From: Candidatus Moanibacter sp.
GTDB lineage: Bacteria; Verrucomicrobiota; Verrucomicrobiia; Opitutales; UBA2987
Length of the DNA: 64,000 nucleotides
Assembly: GCA_965215885.1 (NCBI GenBank)
Contig: CBDCEW010000097.1
Span: 1 to 64,000 of the forward strand
Reading direction: 5' to 3'
In this document: positions 42,567-54,271 of the stretch, in pieces
Position numbering within the stretch: position 1 is the first letter of the stretch
Layout: each line of letters starts with the position of its first letter
Made by a program: the position numbers and the translations under genes
The notes under the pieces: generated by a model
The model's input: the letters and a program-made list of their open reading frames with translations, nothing else
What the model was told of the DNA's origin: nothing
Database searches by the model: none

Positions 42567-42711
42567 GAATGGCACTAACTTAAGGTACCGTTCCCGTGAT
42601 CACCGATGTTCCCGAATCGGCCGCAAGCGACCTTCCTACAAAGACTTATCCCGGCTAGCCGGGATAGGAAGCTCGCTTGCGAGCGATTCTTGCCCTAATT
42701 TATCGCCATTC
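42567..42711. mobile_element. Second GAATGGCACTAACTTAA MITE, interior inverted relative to 301-415
   Basis: Same IR (right side degenerate), flanked by GCTTGACCC on both sides. Confidence 0.65.
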
Positions 42712-42980
42712 CAGCTTGACCCCTCTTTCGCACTATAAGCAAAAAGAAACCGTCGTTCTCCCAACAGCCCCTTCCGTTCAGGTCCGTTCTTCCCAATTGG
42801 GGCGCTTCCTATCTTGCCTGCTTGTCTAATAAGATTGCGATGGGCGAATGAAAAGGTTCAAACTATCCGCTCTCCCTACTGATGATTAGACCCGAAAGGG
42901 CTATTGCAAGCAAAAGTACGCCCGAGCGCCCCAACCCCCCATTATTCCACCATCGGGTCAATCCATAAGAGGAGGTAACC

Positions 42981-44969
42981 ATGCCAGACGAAGGGAATAT
43001 TGAAGAGGAAGCGACGTTCGAGTCCTCCGATCTCGAGGAGTTGGCTTCGCGGGTAAAAGGCATCCTTGACATCCAGGATCGTAAATACGGGTTTCCGCCA
43101 AAGACTTACGAAAAGTGCTTTGTCGGAAATGAGGCGGTCAAGCAGTTCGTTGAGTGCGAGATCGCGAGCGATGGAGAGGATGCAGTACGAATCGGTAACA
43201 TACTTTTGAACGCCGGCCTTTTCCATCACGTCCAGTTCGCTCACCCCTTTAAAGATGAATTCCTCTTCTATCGCTTTGCTGAGGATGAAGATCACGGGAG
43301 CGTCGCCGAGAGACCGGATGGCAGCGCCGTCAGCTGGTCCGACTTTGTCTCGCCGCTTTCTGCGGACCAGGAAGGTCTGGTTTCGCTTCAGCCCAGAATT
43401 CCGGAACGAGATTCGGAATTGGCGAAACTAGCCCAGGATGACCTCGCATCCATCGGCGTATCGCCGCTGGACGAGCACAACACCAGACTTCTCGACCACA
43501 CCCATCCAAAAGAGTGGGTCAACCCGGAACCAAAGTCAAAATACAATCTGGTCGTTATCGGCGGAGGCACCGGTGGACTCGTCTCGGCCGTGTCAGGGGT
43601 CGGGGTGGGTGCTCGGGTAGGCCTGATCGAGACGCACCTATTGGGCGGAGACTGCCTCAATGTCGGCTGTGTGCCCTCTAAGGCGCTCTTGCGTTGCGCG
43701 AGAGCAGCGGTGGCAATGCGCGACTCCGGAAAGTACGGTGTTAAAATAGACGGTAAAATCTCGGTAGACTTCGGAGTGGTGATGGAGCGAATGCGCCGCA
43801 TTCGGGCCAACATCGCGCCTCACGACTCGGCTCAGCGTTACTCTCGAGAGCTCGGTGTGGATGTATTTATAGGCAAGGGAAGGTTTACTGGGGCCAACAC
43901 GGTGGAAGTCAAAGGGAAAACGTTGACCTTTTCGAGAGCGGTCATCGCTACTGGGGGAACGGCTGCCATTCCCGGAATTTCCGGTCTCCGCGAAGCCCCG
44001 TATTTGACAAATGCAAGTATCTTTAACCTGACGGAGCTGCCCGCGCGGCTCGGGGTAATTGGTGCGGGGCCTATCGGTCTCGAACTTGCCCAAGCCTTTC
44101 AGCGATTTGGATCAAAGGTCTCGGTATTCTCCCGTAGCGGAAAGATTCTGCCTAAAGAAGACCCGGAAGCGGCCGCCATCGTGGAACAGTCGTTGCGTCG
44201 CGAAGGAGTTCAGATCGAATTCAATGTGCGCTATCAACGTGTTGAGTGCGAGGCGGGTAACCCTCCTGTAACGCTGGTTCTGGAGAGTGAAGGCGGTGAA
44301 CGTCGCCTGGAATTCGATGCTCTCCTTGTGGCTGCGGGGCGTAAACCAAATGTGAAAGGACTCGGTCTCGAGGAGGCGGAGGTGGAATACGACGAACGTA
44401 TAGGTATAGTGGTAGACGACAGACTTCAGACCACAAATCCCGATATCTATGCCGTCGGCGATGTCGCCAGCCGGTATCAATTCACCCATATAGCCGATTT
44501 CATGGCTAGACTGGTCATTCGTAATGCGCTTTTCCTTGGGCGCGACAAGTTCTCAGATCTTCTCATACCCTGGGCCACCTATACCGATCCGGAAGTGGCT
44601 CATGTCGGTTTATACGAGAGAGATATGCGGGAGCGAAAGCTGGAATTTCTGACATTTGTGCGTGAGTTTTCAAAGGTCGACCGGGCGATTCTCGATGGCG
44701 AGACCGAAGGTTTCGTGAAAATTCACGTCAAGAAGGGAACGGACCAGATCCTGGGCGCTACTATTGTCGGCTCCCATGCAGGCGATCTCATCAGCGAGGT
44801 TTCTGTAGCCATACAAGGGGGCATGGGACTCGGCAAGCTGGCAAATGTTATTCACCCCTATCCGACGACCGCTGAGGCAATCAGGCAGTGTGGCGACGAA
44901 TACAACCGAACGCGTCTCACCCCAACGGTAAAGAAGATCTTCTACAGGCTAATGGCTCTCCAGCGTTGA
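42981..44969 (+). CDS. DEP domain fused to a pyridine nucleotide-disulfide oxidoreductase (MerA-like, no C-terminal CC)
   Basis: N-terminal 'IQDRKY...TYEKCFVGNEAV...AVRIG..LL..G.FHHV...H.FKDEFLFYRF'; then 'GGGTGG', 'GGDCLNVGCVPSK', 'GAGPIG', 'HPYPT'. Confidence 0.85.
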   Translation: MPDEGNIEEEATFESSDLEELASRVKGILDIQDRKYGFPPKTYEKCFVGNEAVKQFVECEIASDGEDAVRIGNILLNAGLFHHVQFAHPFKDEFLFYRFAEDEDHGSVAERPDGSAVSWSDFVSPLSADQEGLVSLQPRIPERDSELAKLAQDDLASIGVSPLDEHNTRLLDHTHPKEWVNPEPKSKYNLVVIGGGTGGLVSAVSGVGVGARVGLIETHLLGGDCLNVGCVPSKALLRCARAAVAMRDSGKYGVKIDGKISVDFGVVMERMRRIRANIAPHDSAQRYSRELGVDVFIGKGRFTGANTVEVKGKTLTFSRAVIATGGTAAIPGISGLREAPYLTNASIFNLTELPARLGVIGAGPIGLELAQAFQRFGSKVSVFSRSGKILPKEDPEAAAIVEQSLRREGVQIEFNVRYQRVECEAGNPPVTLVLESEGGERRLEFDALLVAAGRKPNVKGLGLEEAEVEYDERIGIVVDDRLQTTNPDIYAVGDVASRYQFTHIADFMARLVIRNALFLGRDKFSDLLIPWATYTDPEVAHVGLYERDMRERKLEFLTFVREFSKVDRAILDGETEGFVKIHVKKGTDQILGATIVGSHAGDLISEVSVAIQGGMGLGKLANVIHPYPTTAEAIRQCGDEYNRTRLTPTVKKIFYRLMALQR

Positions 44970-45144
44970 TCGCAAATTCCCCGAAACGATCTTGCTTGTC
45001 GATCAATCTTCCAGACTACATGCTTTTAAAATTCAATCAAACCGCTAGGAATTTGTCGGACTTAGTATTCCTAATCCCGGCACGCCGGGAGTGACCGATC
45101 GATATTCCGACCCAGATGAGACCGACAGATTCCTTCTAGCAGCC

Positions 45145-46038
45145 ATGGCTATGACAGTGAAATCAACTCCAGGTGGCCATTTTCGAAAGGCCGTCGAGGA
45201 GGAGTTTCCTCTCCAGGTCGTCGGGGCGCCAAATGCCTATTGTGCCCTCCTCGCGGAGCGTGCAGGGTTTCGCGCCGTCTATCTCTCGGGCGCCGGAGTC
45301 GCCAATGCTTCCTTCGGCCTTCCCGATCTCGGTCTGACATCTCTTAACGACGTAGTGGCAGACGTTCGCCGCATTACCGCCATTACAGAATTGCCCTTGC
45401 TCGTCGATGCCGACACCGGCTGGAGTGACACTTCGACAATCGGCCATACCGTAGACGAGATTAACCTTGCCGGCGCCGCCGGTCTTCATATCGAGGATCA
45501 GGTAGAGGCCAAGCGGTGCGGCCATCGTCCCGGAAAAGCGTTAGTTCAGGCTGACCAGATGGTCGATCGTATAAAGGCAGCCGTCGACGCACGAAGCGAT
45601 CACGACTTTGTCATCATGGCGCGCACCGATGCCCATGCCGTTGAAGGCTTGGATAGCGCCATCGCCCGTTCGCTTCAATACCTCCAAGCAGGTGCCGATA
45701 TGATTTTTGCGGAAGCCCTCGAGAGCCTGGAAGAATACAGCCGGTTTACCCACGAGGTCCCTGCCCCCATACTGGCAAATTTGACCGAGTTCGGGAAGAC
45801 CCCTCTCTTCACCATCGAAGAACTGCGAAGAGTCGGAATCCGTCTGGTCCTCTACCCACTATCGGCGTTTCGAGCGATGAACGCCGCCGCCCAGAAGATT
45901 TACGCAACTGTACGTGACGCAGGCACGCAAAAGTCTGTTGTAGAAATGATGCAAACGCGCGATGAGCTTTATGAAATACTCAACTATCACGAATACGAGA
46001 GAAAATTGGACACCCAAATTGAGGAGGAAATTCGATGA
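45145..46038 (+). CDS. prpB: 2-methylisocitrate lyase
   Basis: 'YLSGAG', 'GLPDLG', 'DADTG', 'KRCGHRPGK', 'TEFGKTP'. Confidence 0.95.
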   Translation: MAMTVKSTPGGHFRKAVEEEFPLQVVGAPNAYCALLAERAGFRAVYLSGAGVANASFGLPDLGLTSLNDVVADVRRITAITELPLLVDADTGWSDTSTIGHTVDEINLAGAAGLHIEDQVEAKRCGHRPGKALVQADQMVDRIKAAVDARSDHDFVIMARTDAHAVEGLDSAIARSLQYLQAGADMIFAEALESLEEYSRFTHEVPAPILANLTEFGKTPLFTIEELRRVGIRLVLYPLSAFRAMNAAAQKIYATVRDAGTQKSVVEMMQTRDELYEILNYHEYERKLDTQIEEEIR

Positions 46039-47168
46039 GTGCTAGAAAACTGGTCCAAATGTCAGGGGTCATCGCCGGTACCACGGATATCGCTACGGTC
46101 GGAAAAGAAGGCAGGGGTTTAACCTATCGGGGTTACTCGATTGAAGATCTGGCTGAACACTCAACTTTTGAGGAGGTCGCCTATCTGTTACTCAAAGGGC
46201 AATTGCCGCTGCAGGACGAGTTGCGCGATTATCGGTCAGAACTGAAAAGCAAACGCGGCATCCCCGAGCGTCTCAAGACTGTGCTTGAGCAATTGCCGGC
46301 TGCCACACATCCGATGGATGTTCTGCGTACCGGCTGTTCCGCCCTCGGTTGTCTCGAACCGGAGAACGGAGAGAACGACTCAATGCAAGTCGTGAACCGA
46401 CTCATGGCGTCCTTTCCGTCCATCTTGCTTTACTGGCACCACTTTAGCACAAAAGGGGTGAGGATCGAAGTTGAAACCGACGATGAATCCATCGCCTCGC
46501 ACTTTCTCCAACTGCTCCTGGGACAGGAGCCAAGCAGCGCAATCAGTCGAGCCATGGACGTCTCCCTCATCCTTTACGCCGAACATGAGTATAATGCCTC
46601 CACTTTTGCCTGCCGCATTACCTCAGCCACACAATCAGACATCTATTCCGCAATCACCAGCGGGATCGGCACGCTCAAGGGACCGCTTCACGGAGGCGCC
46701 AATGAAGCGGCCATGGAAGTCATCGAGCGCTACGAGAATGCCGACCAGGCGGAAAAGGGAATTCTTGAGGGACTAGCCCGCAAAGAAAAATTCATGGGCT
46801 TCGGGCACCCCGTCTACACGGAACGCGATCCGCGATCCGATATCATCAAATCGTGGTCCAGTATCTTGAGCGACGATGCTGAAGATAGACGACTCTATTC
46901 CGTATCGGAGCGGATTGAAGAGGTAATGCGGAGGGAGAAGCGCATGTTTCCAAATCTCGACTTTTTCAGCGCCTCCGCCTATCATTATATGGGTATACCA
47001 ATACCTATGTTCACGCCGGTTTTCGTGATTTCGAGAACCTCCGGGTGGGCCGCACACGTTTTCGAACAGCGCGCAACTGGAAAGATCATCAGGCCCAGCG
47101 CTGAATATATCGGTCCCGAGCCGCGTCATTACGTGCCCATCGAGGAGAGGTCAACCGCTTCCCACTGA
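46035..47168 (+). CDS. prpC: 2-methylcitrate synthase
   Basis: '[10 protein letters not shown]', 'GPLHGGANE', 'GFGHPVY', 'PNLDF'; between prpB and prpD. Confidence 0.93.
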   Translation: MSARKLVQMSGVIAGTTDIATVGKEGRGLTYRGYSIEDLAEHSTFEEVAYLLLKGQLPLQDELRDYRSELKSKRGIPERLKTVLEQLPAATHPMDVLRTGCSALGCLEPENGENDSMQVVNRLMASFPSILLYWHHFSTKGVRIEVETDDESIASHFLQLLLGQEPSSAISRAMDVSLILYAEHEYNASTFACRITSATQSDIYSAITSGIGTLKGPLHGGANEAAMEVIERYENADQAEKGILEGLARKEKFMGFGHPVYTERDPRSDIIKSWSSILSDDAEDRRLYSVSERIEEVMRREKRMFPNLDFFSASAYHYMGIPIPMFTPVFVISRTSGWAAHVFEQRATGKIIRPSAEYIGPEPRHYVPIEERSTASH

Positions 47169-47346
47169 ATGACGTTTTTCACCTGAATTCGATCTCTCAT
47201 CAAGGGGCTTTCTTGAAGATCGATTCTTTTTTCTTTTCGGCGGAGTCCATTCCTCATGAAGTAACCCCAATGTTTCAAAAAATCGAGAAGTGACGAAGAG
47301 CACTTGTCACGGCACAGGCGTCTGAGACAATTGGGTTAATACGGCC

Positions 47347-48795
47347 ATGCCTGACGAAACATTTACTGAAGGACAATCGCCGGACGAAGTCCTCACAGAC
47401 ATCGCCGACTATGTCTGCGATTATCAGATTGAGAGTGCCCTCGCCTATAATACCGCCCGCCTCTGTCTCATGGACAGCCTTGGGTGCGCGCTCCTCGCGC
47501 TTCAACACCCGGCCTGCTCCAAGCTGCTCGGTCCCGTAGTGCCTGGTGCGGATATGCCCGGCGGCGCTCGGGTGCCGGGCACTCCCTACGAGCTCGATCC
47601 GGTTCAAGCAGCTTTCAACATCGGCTGTATGATCCGCTGGCTCGACTACAACGATACCTGGCTGGCCTCAGAATGGGGCCACCCCTCCGATAACTTCGGC
47701 GGTATTCTTGCGGCGGCGGATTTCCAGTGCAGAAAGGGGCTACGCGGAAGTGCACCGTTATTGCTTCGCGATGTGCTGTCAGCTGCCATCAAAGCATACG
47801 AAATTCAGGGAGTCATCGCTTTGGAGAACTCCTTTAATCGCGTCGGTCTCGACCATGTCCTCCTCGTGCGAATTGCCAGTACGGCGGTGGTTGTCCGCTT
47901 GTTCGGAGGCACAAAGCAGGATGTGGTCAACGCCCTCTCCAATGCCTGGATAGACGGCGGAGCCTTGCGCACCTACCGGCACGCCCCCAACACCGGCTCG
48001 CGCAAATCCTGGGCTGCCGGCGACGCTACCAGCCGGGCCGTCAGGCTCGCCCTCATGACACTTCAAGGCGAAATGGGCTATCCCACTGCTCTGAGCGCTC
48101 CCAAGTGGGGTTTCAGTGATGTTTTCCTTGAAGGTAGAGATTTACGAATGCCCAAGGGCTACGGGAGCTATGTCATGGAAAACGTCCTCTTCAAAGTGTC
48201 GTATCCGGCCGAATTTCACGCCCAAACTGCGTTGGAAGCGGCTATCCAATTACATCAAGAGGTGATCAACCGACTTGAATCTATTGAGCGCATTTCCATT
48301 GAGACACAGGAAGCGGCCATTCGCATAATCGATAAGACAGGCCCCCTCCAAAATCCGGCCGACCGGGATCACTGTCTCCAATACATAACTGCAGTTGGTC
48401 TCATCAACGGGACGCTAATGGCCGAACATTATGAGGACGAGGCAGCCCGGGACCCGCGTATCGATTCACTACGGGAGAAGATGGAAGTTACCGAAAACAG
48501 ACAATACAGCACAGACTACCTCGATCCCGAAAAACGGTCCATCCCGAACTCCCTGCAAGTGTTTTTCGCGGACGGCTCCCATACAAAGAAAATCGAAGTG
48601 GCTTACCCGATCGGACACCGTTGCCGACGCGAAGAAGCGCACCCTCTGCTCATGGAGAAATTCAGGAATTGTCTGCTTACGCGCTTTTCTCTCGAGAAGA
48701 CAGATCTTATCTTCAAACTCTGCGCCGATCCGGACCGTTTCGATAACACTGCCCTCGACAAGTTCATCGACCTGTTTGTAGCTACCGAACTGTAG
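47347..48795 (+). CDS. prpD: 2-methylcitrate dehydratase
   Basis: '[20 protein letters not shown]', '[18 protein letters not shown]', 'PAEFHAQT'. Confidence 0.95.
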   Translation: MPDETFTEGQSPDEVLTDIADYVCDYQIESALAYNTARLCLMDSLGCALLALQHPACSKLLGPVVPGADMPGGARVPGTPYELDPVQAAFNIGCMIRWLDYNDTWLASEWGHPSDNFGGILAAADFQCRKGLRGSAPLLLRDVLSAAIKAYEIQGVIALENSFNRVGLDHVLLVRIASTAVVVRLFGGTKQDVVNALSNAWIDGGALRTYRHAPNTGSRKSWAAGDATSRAVRLALMTLQGEMGYPTALSAPKWGFSDVFLEGRDLRMPKGYGSYVMENVLFKVSYPAEFHAQTALEAAIQLHQEVINRLESIERISIETQEAAIRIIDKTGPLQNPADRDHCLQYITAVGLINGTLMAEHYEDEAARDPRIDSLREKMEVTENRQYSTDYLDPEKRSIPNSLQVFFADGSHTKKIEVAYPIGHRCRREEAHPLLMEKFRNCLLTRFSLEKTDLIFKLCADPDRFDNTALDKFIDLFVATEL

Positions 48796-48884
48796 AACTC
48801 TGCTACACTGTAGAGGACGCGTTGCCCGGCAACCTTGATTCCAATTTCAATCAGGCTCTTATTTAACATTTTTGTAAAATGTAT

Positions 48885-50436
48885 GGGTCTACAGCAGAAT
48901 CTGTGGGTGGGTAACGTCGCTTACAAGAGGAAATAGAGTCGGTGAGCACAAGGAGAAGTCAGGGCGCTGCCCTGAATCCCGCTCCTCCACAGCCGGAGGG
49001 GCTGGTCGGTGTTTTCTTTGCATATGGGATTGAAAGGTTGAAGCACCGGGCCGTTCCGAGGATGAAAGTAGTACCGAAAATACATCCTGAACACGGAGGA
49101 CCCAGTGCTCATCAAAACGCTACTGAATCGGTGCTATTGGCTCAAGAGCTTTGTTTACGCAAAGGCGAGTATGGAAATGGTGAAATCGGAGGAGGCGATT
49201 GTGGTGCAGATTGAGCCGCGCAAGAATAGAGCGGGTGTGCTGTTCGGGGTGTGGCCGGACGGCCAGCTGGCTACGACCACATGAGCGAGGCGAGGCATTT
49301 TGAATTTGTGCCCTTGTGGGGGATGAAGGTGTATTTTCGTTACCGCATGCGGCGGGTCAATTGCCGGCGGTGCGGGGTGAAGGTCGAAGAGGTGCCCTGG
49401 GCCAAGGGCAAGAGTCATCTGAGTTGGCCAATGCAATGGTTTCTGGCCCAGTGGGCGAGGCGCTTGAGCTGGGAAGAGACGGCAAGGGTTTTTCGCACGA
49501 ACTGGCGCAACGTCTTCGAGTCGGTCGAGGCGATGGTGCGTTGGGGGCTCAAACGGCGCGATATGAGCGGGATTGAGGCGATCGGAGTCGATGAGGTGCA
49601 GTATCATCGAGGCCATCACTATCTCACCGTGGTCTACCAGCTTGACGAGGGGCGGCGGCGGCTATTGGGCGTATTCAATAAGCGCAACGTAAAATCGCTC
49701 TTGCGTTTTTTCTGGGAATTGGGAGCGCAAAAGAGCAGCCAGATCCTCTACGTCTGCTCGGATCTGTGGAAGCCTTACCTCAAAGTGATCAAGAAAAAGG
49801 CACCCCAGGCGCTGCACATCCTCGATCGCTTCCACTTGGTAGCCAACCTGAACAAGGCCCTCAATGAGATTCGTGCTGCGGAAGCCAGGCGATTGCAACG
49901 GGGCTGATCACGGCTACATCTGGTGACAAAACGCGAACCAGTTGTGGCTTGTACCCGATCACTGGATTGCGGCTGCTGATGTCAAAAGCTCAAATAGCTG
50001 TTTCTTGAAACATCCGCAAAATCTCACCCCCACCCAACAGATCCGCCTCAAGGAGGTGCTCCAATACGATCTGAAGAGCGTGCGGGCCTATCTACTAAAG
50101 GAGAGCTTTCAGCTCTTGTGGCATTATAAAAGTCCCTACTGGGCCCAATGGTATCTGAAAAAATGGTGCACGCGCGCCATGCGTTCGCGCCTCAAACCGA
50201 TCAAAAGGTTCGTGCGCTCGGTGCGCAAACGAGCCGCTCATCCTCAACTGGTTTCGGGCCAAAAAGGCCTTTTCCTGCGGCATTGTGGAGGGCTTTAACC
50301 GCAATATAAATCTCACTATCAGAAAAGCATACGGCTTTAAGAGCTTCGAAGTGCTTAAGATCGCCCTATTTCATACCATGGTCCGACTTGCCTGAACCCG
50401 AAATAACCCACAGATTCTGCTGACGAGAGAGGTTGC
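48885..50436 (+). mobile_element. ISL3-family insertion sequence with a frameshifted transposase
   Basis: IR CAGCAGAATCTGTGGGT / ACCCACAGATTCTGCTG; 8-bp TSD AAATGTAT; 'IGVDE', 'CSDLWKPY', 'DRFH', 'VEG.N' split over frames. Confidence 0.88.
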
Positions 50437-50502
50437 AAATGTATAATGAAGAACGCTCCAAGATCAGAAAAGCGAAGGTCGGTTACCCGTTTCGAATGGC
50501 CT

Positions 50503-52833
50503 CTATTTAATCAGGACTTCCTCTTTCTCATCACTCTCTGGTTTTTTTCCTTCTTTGCGGAGCCCACGCGAAGGAATGGCGTCCTTATGCAACTCCATGA
50601 GGACACGCTCAGGAGTCATGGGAGAGTGGAATTTGAAATCGGTATCGGGAGCAAAAGCCTTCATGGCGTTGCGAAGAGCGAAGAAGACACCGATGCCGTA
50701 CATCAGGGGTGGCTCCCCCACAGCTTTGGTGCCTAACGGTCCATACCGATTATCGACGTCCTCCAGAAACTTCACTTCCATGTCGTCCGGCATGAAGTAG
50801 ACATCCGGCGCCTTGTAGGTGGAGAGTGCATGTGATATACAGAGACCCTGCTCGTCCCACTGCAGGTCCTCCATCGTCATCCAGCCCAAACCTTGAGCGA
50901 GACCGCCCTCAACTTGGCCGAGATCGATAGTCGGATTGATGGTTCGGCCGAGATCGTGAACGATCTTGACTTGATCCACCTCATAAATACCTCGCAGGCA
51001 GTCGACCGTTACCTCAATCACCGCCGTACCGAAGACATGATAGGCAAACGGTCGACCCTTCCCTCTCTTTGAGTCGAAATAAATCCCGGGTGTCGAGTAA
51101 AACCCGTGCGCGGAAAGGCGCTTTCGCGACTGGTGCGTCTTTATCACCACATCCTCCCAGGTAAGGCTTGTTTCGGCGCCACCGTAGTAAACGCGCTCAT
51201 CTTTAATCTTTGGTGTCGAGCTGCCGCTCACTTTCAACTCCTTAATGATCACTTCTCTCATCCCTTCGAGGATGGAATTGATGGCGACGATAGTGGCGTT
51301 GCCGTTCAGATCAGTCGTAGCGCTCGCAGCGCTGGCGGACATGTTGGCGATACGGGTAGTGTTGGTGCTCTCGACTCTCACCCGCGACTCTCGGATACCG
51401 AAAGTCCGAGCAGCGATCGCCGCGATATTGCTGCTTATTCCCTGCCCCATCTCAATGCCGCCTGTGCTCACGCCCACGCTGCCGTCCTGATAGACGTGCA
51501 CTAAAGAATTGCCCTGATTGAGGAAAGTCGTGGTAAACGAGATGCCGAAGCAGACGGGCATAAGCGCGTATCCTTTCTTCTTCTCAAAATTAACCGCGTT
51601 GAACTGAGCGACCCTCTTCTTGATCTCCGCGACCCGGTAACCCTCGCTCAATTCGTCCCAAGTCCTTTCCATCCGACAACATTCGACTGCCTGGCCATAA
51701 TAGAAGTGGTCTCCCTCCCGAAGGAGGTTCCTCCGCTGAATATCCTCGGCAGGCATTCCGAGATTTTCGCCTGCCTTATTTATTGCGGACTCGATCACGA
51801 ACATCCCTTGCGGACCACCAAAACCGCGAAAGGCGGTATGGGGTTGCAGGTTGGTTCGGCAGGGCACTGCGGTAACACGAACATTGGGAATATAGTAGGC
51901 GTTAGTGCTATGCATCAGTGTTCTCTCGAGAATAGCCGGAGATAAGTCCGCAAAAGCACCGGAATTCTGATAGTGAGTCGCCTCATAAGCCAGAATCTTT
52001 CCTTCATTGGTCACACCGATCTTAAAATCCGAGGAATAGGGATGCCGCTTCCCCGTCATCTTAATGTCTTCGAGTCGATTGAGCACGAGTTCGACCGGTT
52101 TTCCCAGGAGGGTGGCACAAAGAGACGCCATCGCCGCCCAATGCGCACCTTGCTCCTCCTTACCGCCAAAGCCACCTCCAAGCCGTTTCACATCGACTTC
52201 GATCTTGTGTATAGGCTCTCCTAAAAGAGTTGAGATAGCTATTTGCAACGTAGTCGGATTCTGGGTAGAGGGGAAGACCAAGAGCCTCCCATCCTCCCTC
52301 GGAATCGCCCTCGCCCGGTGGGTTTCCAGGTAGAGATGCTCCTGGCCGCCAATGTCGCACCGGCCTTCCACTACGAGGTCGCAAAGCTTCCAAGCTGAAT
52401 CCACATTACCCATCTCGACGGTGCGTGGTGGATGAATAAAGTCTTTCCTCTTGAAGGCTTCACGCGCATCGATCACAACCGGAAGATCCTCAATCTCCAC
52501 CCGTATCATGTCCCTCGCCTTCCTCGCTAAATCCACCCTCTCGGCCACGACGATTGCGATGGGATGGCCGACAAAACAGACCTCCTTTTCCACCAGGAGC
52601 TGTTCATCCTGAAAGATTGGTCCAAAGCGATTCACGCCTGGAACATCCTTTGCCGTAAATACGGCTACCACACCTTCTGAATCCTCTGCCTCTTTAAGGT
52701 CCAGTTTCTCGATCAAGCCGTGTGCTTTCGGCGACCCGAAGACGGCCGCTTCCAGAATTCCTGTGCGAGGAGGGACGTCGTCGACAAACTGCGATTCACC
52801 TCTTACATGCAGATATGAATCAATGTGCTTCAT
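50503..52833 (-). CDS. xdhB: Xanthine dehydrogenase molybdopterin-binding subunit
   Basis: 'QEHLYLE', 'RLGGGFGGKE', 'AFRGFGGPQG', 'GQVEGG', 'KAVGEPP'. Confidence 0.93.
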   Translation of the reverse strand: MKHIDSYLHVRGESQFVDDVPPRTGILEAAVFGSPKAHGLIEKLDLKEAEDSEGVVAVFTAKDVPGVNRFGPIFQDEQLLVEKEVCFVGHPIAIVVAERVDLARKARDMIRVEIEDLPVVIDAREAFKRKDFIHPPRTVEMGNVDSAWKLCDLVVEGRCDIGGQEHLYLETHRARAIPREDGRLLVFPSTQNPTTLQIAISTLLGEPIHKIEVDVKRLGGGFGGKEEQGAHWAAMASLCATLLGKPVELVLNRLEDIKMTGKRHPYSSDFKIGVTNEGKILAYEATHYQNSGAFADLSPAILERTLMHSTNAYYIPNVRVTAVPCRTNLQPHTAFRGFGGPQGMFVIESAINKAGENLGMPAEDIQRRNLLREGDHFYYGQAVECCRMERTWDELSEGYRVAEIKKRVAQFNAVNFEKKKGYALMPVCFGISFTTTFLNQGNSLVHVYQDGSVGVSTGGIEMGQGISSNIAAIAARTFGIRESRVRVESTNTTRIANMSASAASATTDLNGNATIVAINSILEGMREVIIKELKVSGSSTPKIKDERVYYGGAETSLTWEDVVIKTHQSRKRLSAHGFYSTPGIYFDSKRGKGRPFAYHVFGTAVIEVTVDCLRGIYEVDQVKIVHDLGRTINPTIDLGQVEGGLAQGLGWMTMEDLQWDEQGLCISHALSTYKAPDVYFMPDDMEVKFLEDVDNRYGPLGTKAVGEPPLMYGIGVFFALRNAMKAFAPDTDFKFHSPMTPERVLMELHKDAIPSRGLRKEGKKPESDEKEEVLIK

Positions 52834-54271
52834 AGTAATCCCTCGCTTTGAATTCTTCCGGAAAGAGCCTTATAAAATGTGCGATCATGAGCTGCTGGGC
52901 CAAAAGGCGTTTGTATTCGGCACTCCCCCTGATATCGGTGATCGGCGAGATCTCCTCCTGGGAAATCTCAACCGCTTCCCAGACGGAATCCCAGTTCAGC
53001 GGTCGACCGATGAGATGCTCACAGGTCTTATGCAGGAACAGTGGAATCGGCGCTACGCCTCCGAGTGATAATTGTGCGTTCTCAATGAGACCGTCGTCCC
53101 TGTAAATCTTACAAGCGCTATTCACCGTTGCGATATCGAGGCAGGTCCGTTTAGATACCTTTTCAAAATTGATCTTCGTGCCTTCAGGAGGATCCGGAAA
53201 TACAATCTCCGTCAGAATCTCGTTCTCCTTTCTATCCATCTGCTTGTAGCCTTTATAGAAGGACTTCATGGGAACCGTTCGCTCCGATTTTCCATTCTTG
53301 AATCTCAGCTCGCATTCGAGAGCGAGGAGCAATGCAGTGAAATCCCCGATCGGTGAAGCATTGATGATGTTTCCCGCCAAGGTTGCACGGTTGCGAATCT
53401 GCCACGAAGCTATCAAATGATTAAAAGACTGAATATCCGGGATTATTCGCTGCACATCCGCGTGCTCACCGAATTCTTCAAATGTCGTCAGGGCGCCTAC
53501 CCGAAAAGCTCCATCATCGCGCCGGATCCCTTTCATCTCGGGGAAGAGATTAAGCACCTTAACCGGTGAATCCGGGATGCTCTCGCCTACCTGCACGTAA
53601 AGATCGGTTCCTCCAGCAATGAGATATCTTCCTGCGTTCTTCCCATTACCGGTATGCTTCCCTCCGTCACCGGGAGTTTTCCCCGCAATTCTTTTCAGAC
53701 GTGCCGGAACGTCTTTGAAATACTCCGGAATGGCTTCCGCTTTGACGAGGTCCTCGATCCGGTTTCTCGAGCCCAACCGAGGGCCCACCTCCTTATTCAA
53801 AATCTCCGCACAGTTTTTTAGCGATCGGTATCCTGTGCAGCGGCACAGATTGCCGCCCAAAGCATATTTCACGTCTTCGAGTGCAAGGCCTTTTGTATCA
53901 TCCATCAAGAGTCCGTGCAGCGATACAACGATACCTGGCGTACAATAACCGCACTGGGTCCCTCCTTCATCAACAATTGCCTGCTGCACCGGCGTAAGAT
54001 TATCCATGCGAAACCCTTCAACCGAAACGACGTGCTTGCCCTGCATCTCCCCGAGCGGAACAAGGCAGGAAGTCACAGGTTGGTAGCGAACCGAATCGCC
54101 TTCCAACTCACCGATGAGTATGGCACAGGCCCCACAATCGCCCTCTTTGCACCCCTCCTTGGTCCCTGTCAGACGCTCATTCTTGCGCAGGTAGTCCAAG
54201 ACCAGTAGACCCGCAGGGCACTCCGTCTCTACCTCTCGATCATTTAAGAGGAATCGTATGGTCTCAGACAT
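52820..54271 (-). CDS. xdhA: Xanthine dehydrogenase 2Fe-2S/FAD subunit
   Basis: 'GTKEGCKEGDCGAC', 'QCGYCTPG', 'GNLCRCTGY', 'AGGTD', 'IRNRAT'. Confidence 0.93.
   Translation of the reverse strand: MSETIRFLLNDREVETECPAGLLVLDYLRKNERLTGTKEGCKEGDCGACAILIGELEGDSVRYQPVTSCLVPLGEMQGKHVVSVEGFRMDNLTPVQQAIVDEGGTQCGYCTPGIVVSLHGLLMDDTKGLALEDVKYALGGNLCRCTGYRSLKNCAEILNKEVGPRLGSRNRIEDLVKAEAIPEYFKDVPARLKRIAGKTPGDGGKHTGNGKNAGRYLIAGGTDLYVQVGESIPDSPVKVLNLFPEMKGIRRDDGAFRVGALTTFEEFGEHADVQRIIPDIQSFNHLIASWQIRNRATLAGNIINASPIGDFTALLLALECELRFKNGKSERTVPMKSFYKGYKQMDRKENEILTEIVFPDPPEGTKINFEKVSKRTCLDIATVNSACKIYRDDGLIENAQLSLGGVAPIPLFLHKTCEHLIGRPLNWDSVWEAVEISQEEISPITDIRGSAEYKRLLAQQLMIAHFIRLFPEEFKARDYYEAH

Noticed and set aside
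42981..44969. True mercuric reductase MerA
   Set aside because: No C-terminal Cys-Cys, no N-terminal HMA domain and no mer operon.
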